DNA of 64,000 bases from Malacoraja senta. Taxonomy: Eukaryota. This document shows, piece after piece, positions 24,366-39,362 of the stretch. Each line of letters starts with the position of its first letter. Position 1 is the first letter of the stretch. The notes below the pieces were generated by a model. The model was not told the origin of the DNA and made no database searches. It saw only the letters and a program-made list of their open reading frames with translations. The stretch covers positions 62,001-126,000 of the forward strand of contig JAXLNO010000087.1 in the NCBI GenBank assembly GCA_038087875.1, given 5' to 3'. The translations under genes were made by a program, and so were the position numbers.

Positions 24366-25245
24366 CCTTCATGTTGTTTGTGTCTATGGAGTTGTTTCTC
24401 AACAATAAAATGGGTCTGGTCTTCCCAATAGCCAGAGAGTGGAATGAGATCTGTCTGTAATGGTGGGGTTATCTGAATGAAGTCTTTCACAAAATAAAAT
24501 TTGTTTTGAACAAGATTTACAAATGATGTATAACTTAAGGATGGTTTTATTCAGCGAGCATACAACTGATTAGATACACATACACACACATATATATGAA
24601 TGTGATATAAATGTATATAATCATATAACACACATATATATTTCCCCAGATTTTTAATTCTAATGATAAACTTTATTTCGGACTAGATAAGAGACAACAT
24701 TAAATAAAAAAACATTGTAAACCTCCCCGCAACTTCACCCTGGTGTCCCAGCCGTGCTGATCCGGGCCAGACTCCCTACACGCTGTGGAAGGAACATAGG
24801 CATCTTTTCGCTTTTACTGTGATTTATTTCTCTTTTTAAAGCTGAATATCTGATAACGACACATATGCAGTATATTACACCAATATTGCACCAACCCACT
24901 CAATTTTAAATAATTAATAATATAAATCCATTAACATGGTTAACACATTTCATTTCTGACATACATGGTAAGAACTACATAATTCACATTATTCTGTGCA
25001 CGAGATATACAGGGTTGCAGTGTTCAGCATATCAGCTAACCAATGAAAGTGATGTACAATTCAACGTATGTAACACAATGATAGCCCCACCCCTGCTTAC
25101 ACCAAAGGGCAAAATGTCCAACGTAGATACAATAATAAATAAATCGGCATTTGCATTGTTTTGTGCAGTTAACAAATCACAATATCACACTATGTACATA
25201 AATGAGTGTATTTCATCAATAAATAATTTAACAACATCATATACT

Positions 25246-26262
25246 TTACTTATGTGCCACTTTTTGAACTTTCCTACACTTCCTTTTATTGGTCAAGTCC
25301 TGCAGGTTTCTATTCTTAAATTTGAGTCCATAACGTATGTGGACACTCACAAAGATTGCTACAATTCGTGCCTTGACTCTCTGGCAGCACAAGTTCATGT
25401 CCTTGTATTCCTGAGTATTGTGTATTGCTGTATTTATTAGATGGGAAATGTTGTTCCTGCTCATGTTAACATTGTCAACTTCTGTGCAGAACACTTTCTC
25501 GCACACCCCACAGACCGTGAGAAAGTGTTCAGAAGGCACCATCAGTGAGCTGAAGTCAGATGTCGATGTGTCATATGCCTTATGGTACATGAATATGAGG
25601 GCAGGATCAACTAAGGTGGTATCAGGTTGTAGCAGAACTTCTCTGCATGTGTGACATGTTGAGGTCAGTTCATGTGTGGTGAGGATTCTACGAGAGATGT
25701 GGCCTGCGATGTAACCCAGTGTATTCTCTTCAGGGAGATCAAATGACATGCTGCAAACGACATTGTTCTGTTGTGTCCTATTGGTATGGGAGAGAGATGG
25801 AGATGGTTTCTTGACTCTGTCCTTTGTCAGTGTTTGCAGTGTTAAGAGAAATCTTGCATTGTCAGGGGAACAGTTTGCACACAGAATTGATAAAGCCACT
25901 CAGAACTGGCTTTATCAGTTCAGCTACCATGACCATTCTAAAGCACAGAGAAACTCCTTCACTGATGGGTTTTCTCAGAATCCACCCTTTCGCCGAATGG
26001 TGGAGAATAAATTCTCAACGACATCCTCATTAAGCCTGGATGTGAGCATGAAATGAGTGCCTGTATTTTTTCTTTATGGGCTGCCACAGCTGTGAAATAC
26101 AAGAAATTGCAAGCCGCCATCCTTTGACAAACAATACACGTTTTGCTCCCAGCACATTGAATCTTTGCAGTTCAGGCAAGCATGATTCAAAGAATGATCA
26201 ATGCGCAGAGTTTTCAGACATGGGCCTCCTCAAAATTCTTTTGGCCTTGAGACACCTAATTT
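25246..26262 (-). mobile_element. P-element (THAP9-like) transposase relic, C-terminal half
   Basis: VKGWRLAISCISQLW, FMLTSRLNEDVVENLFSTIRRKGGF*ENPS, EENTLGYIAG, CHTC; stops and frameshifts. Confidence 0.8.
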
Positions 26263-26269
26263 GATTTTT

Positions 26270-27050
26270 TATTCCTTGTCATTTGAACCTCAAAGAGGCT
26301 CAAACGAAACTCCGTTTCCACAGCCATACAAACAAAACAATTCCTACACGACACACAAACAATTCAATTTACAGAAAAACATCCATCACAGTGAATCTCC
26401 TCCTCACTGTGATGGAAGGCAAAGTCTTTTCTCTCCCCTGCACCATTTTTCTCCCGATGTTGAAGCCCCAGGCGGGCAATGTTAAGTCCCACGGCCGTTG
26501 AGGCCGCGCCGGGCGGTGTACGCCCCGTTCCGGCCCAAAAGTCACAAGTTGGAGCCCACGGCGGGCACTGGAATGTCCCGCGGCCATTAAAGCCGCGCCG
26601 GGCGATGTACGGCCCCGCGACACGGGCGGGAGAAGTTGCGTTGCGGGAGCTCCGGAAAGCGGTCTCTCACCCGGACCCGCGAGCTCCCGATATCACTGTC
26701 CACAGGTCTGCAGCTGAAACTCCGGAGTCGGGCAGCAGCAGCGAGCCACCACCGCTCCTCACGCTCCGAGGCCGGCCAGCCCCACGATGGTAAGTCCGCA
26801 GCTCCACAGGCTCCGCGACTGGAGCCCCCAGGTCGTCCCGGTCGGAGGCCGCTCCACGGAGCTAGGCCCCAACGACAACGGAGACCCGACAGGGAAAAGG
26901 TCGGTTCTCCCATGCAGGAAGAGAATTTTTTTAAGTTTCCCCCTCCCCCCCCGACATATACACAGTTAAAAACAGTATAAAAAAAACCACAAACAACTAC
27001 ATTTAACTAGACAAAAATAATAAATAAAAAGACAGACAGGCTGCAGTAAT
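26270..27050 (-). mobile_element. GC-rich non-autonomous repeat with a Rex-like 3' stem-loop end
   Basis: 3' hairpin TTTGAGCCTC-TTT-GAGGTTCAAA before TGACAA on minus; similar hairpin end at 10115-10170; no coding homology recognised. Confidence 0.4.
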
Positions 27051-27059
27051 CCGCGCCGC

Positions 27060-27900
27060 AACACCTCAAAAAACCTTCAAAACTGCTGAAAACAACCGAA
27101 CCTCAAAAAAACCCGATCTCTTAAAACTGCATCAAAATCCTAAAAAAACATCAAAATAAAAAAACTCAAAACAGCACAAAAACACTCATCAACCCTGAAA
27201 AGCCCTCAAGACCCTTGAAAAAACCCTCAAACCCGCAAACCCCTCAAAACTGCTCAAAAAACCCGAAAAACTTCTCACTCCCACGACAACCCGCAAACCA
27301 ACAACCCTGAAAACTGCTCAACCCTCGAAACTGCTCAAAAATACCTCAAACTGCTCAACAACGCCTCAAAAAACCCATCAACCACCCTCACAAGCCCTCA
27401 AGACCCCCGAAAAGCCCCTCAAAACCCGTCAACAACGCCTCCATTCCTCCTCTGGTCCCTCTCTTTCCCCTCCCCTACACCCCCTCCCCACACCCTCCCC
27501 TACACCCCCTCCTACACCCTCACGCCCTCCCTTACACCCACCCCCCCCCACACCCCCTCCCCTACACCCCCCCCACACCCCCTCCTCTACACCCCCTCCC
27601 CACACACCCTCCCATTCACCCACTCCCCCTTCCCTACACCCCTCCCCCACACCCCTCCCCATCCCCCACCTCTACCACCCCTCTCCCCCCCACCCTCCCC
27701 ATCCCCCACCTCTACACCCCCTCCCCCCACACCCCTCCCATACACCCACTCCCCCTTCCCCTACACCCCCTCCCCCACATACCCTCCCCCATACCGCATC
27801 CCCCTCCTCTACACCCACTCCCCTACACCCCCTCCCCCACATCCCTCCCCCTCCTCTACACCCACTCCCCTACACACACCCCCCTTCATCCCGCTCAAAA
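27060..27900. repeat. Degenerate A/C-rich then C-rich minisatellites
   Basis: AAAACCCTCAAAACTGCTC-like units followed by CCCTCCCCTACAC-like units. Confidence 0.85.
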
Positions 27901-27911
27901 CTGTTCATGAA

Positions 27912-27942
<31 letters not shown>

Positions 27943-28129
27943 GAGGGAGGGACAGTAGAGGCATTGAGAAGGAGGGAGAGAGAGACTGGGGGAGACAGAG
28001 ACACAGGGGAGAGATTGAGGAGTGGGGCTGAGAGGGGAGACACTGGATTGGGGTCGACACTGAGAGGGTGGGAGGGAGAGAGAAGGGACAGGGGGAGAGT
28101 CTGAGTTTATGTTTCATTGGCAGGAAGAA

Positions 28130-28197
28130 GGGAGAGAGAAGCTAATATTGTGTTAGAGAGAGGGAGAGAGAGAGGTTAATATTGTGTTAGAGAGAGG

Positions 28198-28228
<31 letters not shown>

Positions 28229-28820
28229 GGTTAATGATGTGTTAGAGAGAGGGAGAGAGAGAAGGAGAGAGAGAGAAAGGGAGAGAGAGAGGTTAATATT
28301 TGTGTTAGAGAGAGGGAGAGAAAGGGAGAGAGAGAGGTTAATATTGTGTTAGAGAGAGGGAGAGAGAAAGAGAGAGAGAGGTTAATATTGTGTTAGAGAG
28401 AGGGAGAGAGAAGAAGCCATTGTCCCCACATGCCTCAAAACGTCCACAATAATCCCCATAGCGAAGAAACCAGTTGTTGCCTGCCTAAATGACTACCGCC
28501 CTGTCGCCCTGACCCCAATAATAATGAAGTGCTTTGAACGCCTGGTGAAACCCCACATTACTGCCAGCCTCCCCTCATCGTTAGACCCCCTCCAGTTTGC
28601 CTATCGCCCCAACCGTTCTACAGAGGATGCCATCTCTACCACGCTGCACACAGTGCTCACGCATCTGGAAAACAAAAACACATACGCCAGAATCCTGTAC
28701 ATTTGACTTCAGCTCAGCGTTTAACACCATCATCCACAGAGACTTGTGGAGAAATTAAACCCTGCTGGGCCTCGAGGTGTTAGTATTGTGTTAGAGAGAG
28801 GGAGGGAGAGAGAAGAAGCG
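28130..28820 (+). repeat. GGTTAATATTGTGTTAGAGAGAGGG minisatellite interrupted by a Rex RT fragment (28418-28775)
   Basis: About 7 units; the insert encodes [26 protein letters not shown]. Confidence 0.8.
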
Positions 28821-28839
28821 ACTGTCTGGGGTGAGAAGA

Positions 28840-29290
28840 GACACTGCGCAGGCGCGTGGGAAGCGTTGAAGGTGCCGACGGTCACGTCTGCGCATGCGTG
28901 GCAGTGTCAGGGCACCGACACACTTTATTGCGCAGCCGCCAAGTGCTTTTAGCATTGCCGGCGATCATAGTGCGCATGTGTGGTAGCCTTAGGGTGCCGG
29001 CGGCGATCGGTGCGCATGTGTGGGAACCTGTGGGTGCCGGCGGTGAATGGTGCGCATGTGTGGGAACCTGTGGGTGCCGGCGGTGAATGGTGCGCATGTG
29101 TGTGAGGGAACAATTGTAACTACAAGTCCCAGCAGCCTTCACGGTTGGATTCAACTTGGAGCAGGAGAGCGCGGTGACTGCTGGGAGATGAAGTCACACC
29201 GTCTGTTGTGCTCCATTGTGAGAGGGAGCAGAGGAACTACAACTCCCAGGAGCCTTCACGGTTGGATTCAACGTGGAGCATGGAGCAGCA
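28840..29290. promoter_or_regulatory. Promoter-like cluster: NRF1-like motifs in a 40-bp tandem and ZNF143/THAP11 (SBS) motifs
   Basis: TGCGCATG at 28889, 28971, 29011, 29051, 29091; ACTACAAGTCCCAGCA at 29119 and ACTACAACTCCCAGGA at 29236. Confidence 0.5.
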
Positions 29291-29815
29291 AAATTACTAA
29301 AATAAACTGTTTTCACTAATTACTAAAATTAAGTGTTTTCTCTCTTCTAAAAAAACTTTTGAAAGATAAACTCTTTCTATATTTCCTACATAAACTTTTT
29401 TTTCTCTCTAATTACTAAAATACACTTTTTTAAATTTGTATTTGAAAACTAAGCTCTTACTATATTTCCTAAATAAACTTTTTTTTTCTCCAATTACTAA
29501 AATTAACGTTAAACATTTTTTATTTGAAATATAAGCTCTTTCTATATTTCCTACATAAACTTTTTTCTCTCTAATTACTAAACGAAACTTTTTTCTACGA
29601 AAATAAACTTTAAACAATTTTTATTTGAAATATAAACTCTTTCTATATTTCCGAAATAAACTTATTTTCTCTGTAATTACTAAAATATTTTTTTTCTACT
29701 AAAATAAACTTTTTAATTTTTTTTGTTATAAATATAAATTCTTTCTATATTTCCTAAATAAATGTTTTTTTCTCTAATTACTAAAATAAATGTTTTAATT
29801 TTTTTATTTGAAAAC
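29290..29815. repeat. AT-rich tandem repeat (~85-100 bp unit), resuming at 31976-32130 after a LINE insertion
   Basis: Recurrent CTAATTACTAAAA and CTCTTTCTATATTTCC. Confidence 0.85.
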
Positions 29816-29821
29816 TAATGC

Positions 29822-31975
29822 TTCTTCCTGCCTACAGGCAGCAATTAAAGAGCGCACCCCCAGAGGTGAGGACTGTGCAGAGCTGGTCGGGGGGGGGGCA
29901 GAGGAACTACTACAGGACTGTTTGGAGTCTGTAGACTGGGCAATGTTCAAGGACTCGGCAACGGACTTGAACGAATACGCCACAGTCGTTACAGACTTCA
30001 TTAAGAAGTGTGTGGAGGACTGCATCCCCACCAAAACCTTCCGAGCGTTTCCCAATCAGAAACCTTGGATGAACTTTGAGATCCGCACTCTTCTGAAGTC
30101 AAGACACCGGGGCATTCATGTCTGATGATACAGTGGCCTACAAGGAGTCAGATACGACCTTGGTAAGGCCATCAAAAAGGCCAAAAGGGACTTCTGCTCC
30201 AAACTGGAGGAAGAGACTGATGCTCGGCGGCTGTGGCGGGGCCTGAATGCAATCACCTCTTACAAGGCGAAATCAGGAGGCAGCTCGAATGTTGGCGAAA
30301 CATCACTCCCTGATGAGCTCAATGCGTTTTACGCACGCTTTGATAGGGAGAACACCGATGTGCCTTGCCGAGCCCCTATTCGCTGTGATGGTATTTCAGT
30401 CTCAGTCACAGAGGCCAACGTCAGGAAATCCTTCAGAGGGGTGAACCCTCGAAAAGCGCCTGGACCTGATGGTATACCTGGTCGCGTTCTAAAAACCTGT
30501 GCAGACCAACTGGCTGGAGTTTTTACAGACATTTTCAACCTCTCACTTCTGAGGTCTGAGGTCCCCACCTGCTTCAAAAGGGCATCAATTATACCAGTGC
30601 CCAAGAAGAGTAAGGTAACGTGCCTCAATGACTATCGACCTGTGGCACTAACGCCTGTGGTGATGAAGTGCTTTGAGAGGTTGATCATGACGCAGATCAA
30701 CTCCTACCTCGACAAAAACCTGGACCCACTGCAGTTCGCTTACCGCCACAACAGATCAACGGTGGATGCGATCTCGCTGGCCCTCCACTCCGCTCTGGAC
30801 CACTTGGACAACAAAAACTCATATGTCAGGCTGTTGTTCATCGATTACAGCTCGGTATTTAACACAATCATCCCCTCCAAGCTGGTTACCAAACTCGCAG
30901 AACTGGGTCTCTGCGCATCCCTCTGCAATTGGATCCTCGACTTCCTCACTCTCAGACCACAGTCTGTTTGTATTGGTGGAAATGTGTCAGACTCGATAAC
31001 AATTAGCACGGGAACACCTCAAGGCTGCGTGCTCAGTCCCCTGCTGTACTCACTCTATACTCATGACTGCGTAGCCGGACATAGTGCGAACTCCATCATC
31101 AAGTTCGCTGATGACACCACTGTTGTGGGACGTATCACTGATGGTGATGAGTAAGAGTATAGAAGAGAGATCGAGCAACTGTCCATATGGTGCCAGCACA
31201 ACAACCTGGCCCTCAACACCAGCAAAACCAAGGAACTGATTGTGGACTTTGGAAGGAGTAGGTTGGGGACCCACAGTCCCGTTTATATCAACGGGTCGAT
31301 GGTTGAAAGGGTCAAGAGCTTCAAATTCCTGGGCGTGCACATCTCTGAAGATCTTTCCTGGTCCGAGAACAATGATGCCATTATTAAGAAAGCACATCAG
31401 CGCCTCTACTTCCTGAGAAGATTACGGAGAGTCGGTTTGTCAAGGAGGACTCTCTCTAACTTCTACAGGTGCACAGTAGAGAGCATGCTGACCGGTTGCA
31501 TCGTGGCTTGGTTCGGCAACTTGAGTGCCCTGGAGAGGAAAAGACTACAAAAAGTAGTAAACACTGCCCAGTCCATCATCGGCTCTGACCTCCCTTCCAT
31601 CGAGGGGATCTACCACAGTCGCTGCCTCAAAAAGGCTGGCAGCATCATCAAGGACCCACACCATCCTGGCCACACACTCATCTCCCTACTACCTTCAGGT
31701 AGAAGGTACAGGAGCCTGAAGACTGCAACGACCAGGTTCAGGAACAGCTACTTCGCCACAGCCATCAGGCTATTAAACCTGGCTCGGACATAACACTGAA
31801 CTTTACTAGCCAATAATGTTATTTGCACTTTATCAGTATATTGACCATTGTGTATATATTTATAGAATGCCTTGTAGTAAATGCCTACTATGTTCTGTTG
31901 TGCTCAAGCAAAGCAAGAATTTCATTGTCCTACCAGGGACACATGACAATAAACTCACTTGACTTGACTTGACTT
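29822..31975 (+). mobile_element. 5'-truncated Rex1/Babar LINE
   Basis: [58 protein letters not shown]; (CTTGA)n tail. Confidence 0.93.
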
Positions 31976-32159
31976 AATCTCTTTCTGTATTTCCTAAAAA
32001 AACGTTTTTTCTCTCTAATTACTGAAATAAACTTTTTTCTACTAAAATAAACTTTCTGAAATAAACTTTTTTCTCTCTAATTACAAAAAAAAATTCTCTC
32101 TGAATACTTCAATAAACTTCTCAAAAGTAATTTATTGGCAGAGCCGACCTGGTGATTGG

Positions 32160-33060
32160 AGAAGGAGAAAAGAGATAAAGGGATGTGTGAAAGAGAGGGA
32201 GAGAGAAAGAGAGTGGGAGAAAGAGAGGGAGAGAGAAAGAGGGGGGAGAAAGAGGAGAGAGAAAGAGAGGGGGAGAAAGAGAGGAATGGGAGAGGAGAGA
32301 AAGAGGGAAGAGAAAGAGACAGGTGAGAAAGAGAGGAGATAAAGAGAGGAGGGAAAGAGAGTGGAGAGAAAGAGGGGGAGAGAGAGGAGAGAAAGGGGAC
32401 AACGAGAGGAGAGTGAAAGAGAGGAAAGTGAAAGAGAAAAGAGAGGAAGAGAGGAGTGAAAAAGAGAGGAGAGAGAGAGAGAAAGAGAGAGGAGAGAGAT
32501 AGAGAGGAGAGAAAGAGAGGGGGAGAAAGAGGAGAGAGAACGAGGGGGAGAAAGAGAAGAGAAAGTGAGGAGAGTGAAAGAGAAGAGAGAGAGAGAAAGA
32601 GGAGAGAAGGAGAGAGTAGATAAAGAAGGGAGAGAATGAGAGGAGAGAAAGAGAGGAGAGAAAGAGGGGGGGAAATGGAGGAGAAAAAGAGAGGGAAAGA
32701 GAAAGAGAGGGGGAAAGCGAGAGAGGAAAGAGGAGAGAGAAAGAGACAAGAGAGTGAAATAGAGGAGCGAGAAAGAGAGGAGAGAAAGTGAGGGGAGAAA
32801 GAGAGGAGAGACAGATAGAGAGAGAGAAAGAGAGGAGAGAAATAGAGGGGAGAGAAAGAGGGAGAGAGGAGATTAAAAAGAGGAGAGAGAGGGGGACAGA
32901 GAGGTAGGGGAGAGAAAAACAGGGAGAGGGAGAGAGGCGATTAAAGAGAGGGGCAGAGAGAGAGGGGGGAGAGAAAGAGAGGAGATTAAAAAAGAGGAGA
33001 GGGGCAAAGAGAGAGAGAGAGGAGAGAGAAAGAGAGGAGTGAGAAAGAAAGTGCGGGGAG
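32160..33060. repeat. Purine-rich GA low-complexity tract
   Basis: About 900 bp of almost only G and A. Confidence 0.9.
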
Positions 33061-33574
33061 TAAGGTTATAGGTGAAGAGGTAAGGGGGGCAGATTTTATG
33101 GTGTGCACCCTTTAATTCAGTCTCATATCACAAAATCTTCCCCCTCCTTCACCTATTCACCTTAAAAAGTTACCCCTCAGATTCCTATACAATTTTTCCC
33201 CATCCCCGCGTCTCTCACCTTAAACCAATGTCCTCGATTCCCCTACTGTGGGCAAGAGACTCTGTGCGTCTACCCGATCTATTCCCCTCAGATTCCTATT
33301 TAATTTATCCCACCCCCGTGTCTCTCACCTTAAACCCATGTCCTCTGGTCCTTGATTCCCCTACTCTGGGCAAGAAACTCTGTGCGTCTACCCGATCTAT
33401 TCCTCTGGTGATTTTGTACACCTCTATAAGATCACCCCTCATCCTCCTGCGCTCCAAGGAACAGTCCCAGCCTTGCCCCAACCTCTCTCCGTAGCTCAGG
33501 CCCCTCGAGTCCCGGCAACATCCTCGTAAATCTTCTCCACGCCCTTCTCTCCCTCCAGCTTCCTGTTTCACCTC

Positions 33575-35345
<1,771 letters not shown>

Positions 35346-36652
35346 AGGTCAGAGCCGATGATGGACTGGGCAGTGTTTACTACTTTTTGTAGTCTTTTCC
35401 TCTCCAGGGCACTCAAGTTGCTGAACCAAGCCACGATGCAACCGGTCAGCATGCTCTCTACTGTGCACCTGTAGAAGTTAGAGAGAGTCTTCCTTGACAA
35501 ACCGACTCTCGGTAATCTTCTCAGGAAGTAGGCTAACCCAGGATAAAAGGGAAATGTGGCATGGAGGTGGGAAATCAGCATACTGGTGATGGGAACCCCC
35601 TCTTTCCCTGCACCCCCACCCTGATGATGGGAACCCCCTCTTTCCCTGCACCCCCCACCCTGGTGATGAGAACCCCCTCTTTCCCTCCCCCACCACCCTG
35701 GTGTGAATACTTCCCTTAACACCTTGGTCACTCTGCTCCTTCCCTCTGTATGCTCACCTCCCAAACCACTCATATTTCACATTATCCCCTTCCACCCGTA
35801 TCCCTCCCTCCAGCTTTACGTTTCACTCTTCTCATCTGTGGCACCTTTTGTCTCCTTGTCACCTCTAGCCAATGTCACAACCCATCACCCTGTCCCCTGT
35901 ATCCACTAATCACATAACAGGCTTTGTCCTGCACCCACCTCTTTCCCACTTTCTCTGCCCGACTCCATCAGTCTGAAAGGGTCCCAACAGGAAACGACAG
36001 CATCTGTCCATTCTCTTTGTGGTCGGGTAGATGGTGCCTGATCTGCCAAGTACCTCCAGCACTTTGTTTTAGACCAGGTTACATCCCCTGGTTAAAGTCA
36101 TCCTAGTTGCCTCCTGTTGCAGGGAAAGTAGTTTAATGTTGATGACACTTGTTTTTATCTCATTACAATTAAGTAATCTTGCCCCTTCCATTCACCCAAC
36201 TGTAGCTTTGTTTGGAATTGGTCTAAATCTATATTTGGTTTAGTATGTTTGTGTCTGTTGCCAGAATCCATTTCCTCTCCTCTCTGCTCCTTTCTAAAGG
36301 GGTGACCAATTAGTGTTAGTTTCCACCCAGGATCTCCAAAAACTGGGTCCTCTGATGCAGGAAGAGTCTGCCAGGGTTAGACTGTCTTCCCCATTTTGCC
36401 AAATGTTGCATAAACTGGGCCAAACTTCACTACTGTTCCTTTACTTGTACGTCTCATTTAATTCAAAGTATTTCTTTGTCAGTTAAAGTAGTATCTGGTT
36501 TGTCATGGTGTGTTTCTCCAGATATTTGAACAGCCTGTATGCTCCCATCTGTTTCTGTTTGTGCACAGGGTTTCAATGTCCATGGTAAAGGGCACAGTAT
36601 CAGGCGCAGTGTCGGGGAGAACACTTCATGTGACATGGTAAGTTTCACATTT

Positions 36653-39362
36653 AGAAACATAGACAATAGGTGCAGGAGTAGGCCATTCGGCCCTTCGAGC
36701 CTGCACCGCCATTCAATATGATCACGGCTGATCATCCAACTCAGTATCCTGTACCTGCCTTCTCTCCATACCCCCTGATCCCTTTAGCAACAAGGGCCAC
36801 ATCTAACTCCTTCTTAAATATAGCCAATGAACTGGCCTCAACTACCTTCTGTGGCAGAGAATTCCACAGATTCACCACTCTCTGTGTGAAAAATGTTTTT
36901 CTCATCTCGGTCCTAAAAGACTTCCCCCTTATCCTTAAACTGTGACCCCTTGTTCTGGACTTCCCCAACATCGTGAACAATCTTCCTGCATCTAGCCTGT
37001 CCAATCCCTTAAGAATTTTGTAAGTTTCTATAAGATCCCCCTCATCCTCTAAATTCTAGCGAGTACAAGCCGAGTCCATATAACCATATAACCATAACAG
37101 CACGGAAACAGGCCATCTCGGCCCTTCAAGTCCGTGCCGAACATTTTTTTAAATGTTTATTTTATTTTTATTTTTTTAAATAAATACTTCCCCCTAGTCC
37201 CATCTACCTGCACTCAGACCATAACCCTCCATTCCTTTCCCGTCCATATACCCATCCAATCTATTTTTAAATGATAAAATCGAACCAGCCTCCACCACTT
37301 CCACTGGAAGCTCATTCCACACAGCTACCACTCTCTGAGTAAAGAAGTTCCCCCTAATGTTCCCCCTAAACTTCTGTCCCTTAATTCTCAAGTCATGTCC
37401 CCTTGTTTGAATCTTCCCTACTCTCAATGGGAAAAAGCTTATCCACGTCCACTCTGTCTAACCCGCTCATAATTTTAAAGACCTCTATCAAGTCCCCTCT
37501 TAACCTTCTGCGCCCCAAAGAATAAAGACCTAACTTGTTCAACCTTTCTCTGTAACTTAGTTGCTGAAACCCAGGCAACATTCTAGTAAATCTCCTCTGT
37601 ACTCTCTCTATTTTGTTGACATCCTTCCTATAATTAGGCGACCAAAATTGTACTCCATACTCCAGAATTGGCCTCACCAATGCCTTGTACAATTTTAACA
37701 TTACATCCCAACTTCTATATTCATTGCTCTGATTTATAAAGGCCAGCACACCAAAAGCTTTCTTTACCACCCTATCTACATGAGATTCCACCTTCAGGGA
37801 TCTATCCACAGTTATTCCTAGATCCCTCTGTTCAACTGCATTGCTCAATTCTCTACCCATTTACCATGTACGTCCTATTTTGATTTGTCCTGCCGAGATG
37901 TAGCACCTCACATTTATCAGCATTAAACTCCATCTGCCATCTTTCAGCCCACTCTTCCATATGGCCTAAATCTCTCTGTAGACTTTGAAAATCTACTTCA
38001 TTATCCACAACACCACCTATCTTAGTATCATCTGCATACTTACTAATCAAATTTTCCATACCATCATCCAGATCATTGATGTACATGACAAACAACAGTG
38101 GACCCAACACAGACCCCTGAGGCACCCCACTAGTCACCGGCCTCCACCCTGACAAAGAGCCATCCACCATTAATCTCTGGCATCTCCCATTCAGCCACTG
38201 TTGAATCCATCTTGCTACTCCATCATTAATACCCAACAATTGAATCTTCTTAACCAACCTTCCATGAGGAACCTTGTCAAAGGCCTTACTGAAGTCCATA
38301 TAGACAACATCCACTGCTTTATCCTCATCAATTTCCCAAGTAACCTCTTCGAAAAATTCAAGAAGTTTAGTCAAGCATGACCTTCCAGGCACAAATCCAT
38401 GTTGACTGTTCCTAATCAGACCCTGCTTATCCAGATGCTTATATATATTATCTTTAAGTATCCTTTCCATTAATTTGCCCACCAAATGTCTATCCTGTCT
38501 TTCTTCATATGAAAGTCGTGACATCCCTGGAATCAGTCTGGTGAACCTTCTCTGTACTCTCTCTGTACTCCCTCTATGGCAAGAATGTCTTTCCTCAGAT
38601 TAGGAGACCAAAACTGTACGCAATACTCCAGGTGTGGTCTCACCAAGACCCTGTTCCACTGCAGGAGAACCTCCCTGCTCCTATACTCAAATCCTTTTGC
38701 TATGAATGCTAACATACCATTCGCTTTCTTCACTGCCTGCTGCACCTGCATGCCTACTTTCAATGACTGGTGTACCATGACACCCAGGTCTCGTTGCATC
38801 TCCCCTTTTCCTAATTGGCCACCATTCAGATAATAGGCTACTTTCCTGTTTTTGCCACCAAAGTGGAAAGCCTCACATTTATCCACATTATACTGCATCT
38901 GCCATGCATTTGCCCACTCACACAACCTATCCAAGTCACCTTGCAGCCTCCTAGCATCCTCCTCACAGCTAATACTGCCCCCCAGCTTCGTGTCATCTGC
39001 AAACTTGGAGATGTTGCATTCAATTCCCTCGTCCAAATCATTAATATATTGTAAATAGCTGGGGTCCCAGCACTGAGCCTTGCGGTACCCCACTAGTCAC
39101 TGCCTGCCATTCTGAAAAGGACCCGTTTACTCCTACTCTTTGCTTCCTGTCTTCCAGCCAGTTCTCTATCCACATTAATACTGAAGCCCCAATACCGTGT
39201 GCTTTAAGTTTGCATACTAATCTCTTATGTGGGACCTTGTCGAAAGCCTTCTGAAAGTCCAGATATAACACATCCAGTGGTTCTCCCTTATCCACTCTAC
39301 TAGTTACATCCTCGAAAAATTCTATAAGATTCATCAGACATGATTTACTTTTCATAAATCCA
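36653..39362 (-). mobile_element. CR1 LINE (subfamily B) with a second CR1 (subfamily A, 37076-38484) nested inside
   Basis: Two RT sets (KYADD type and KFADD type); the inner copy has its own (TGGTTATA)n tail at ~37076. Confidence 0.88.

Noticed and set aside
28960..29100. Regularly spaced repeats resembling a CRISPR array
   Set aside because: Pure tandem units with no unique spacers, eukaryotic context, no cas genes
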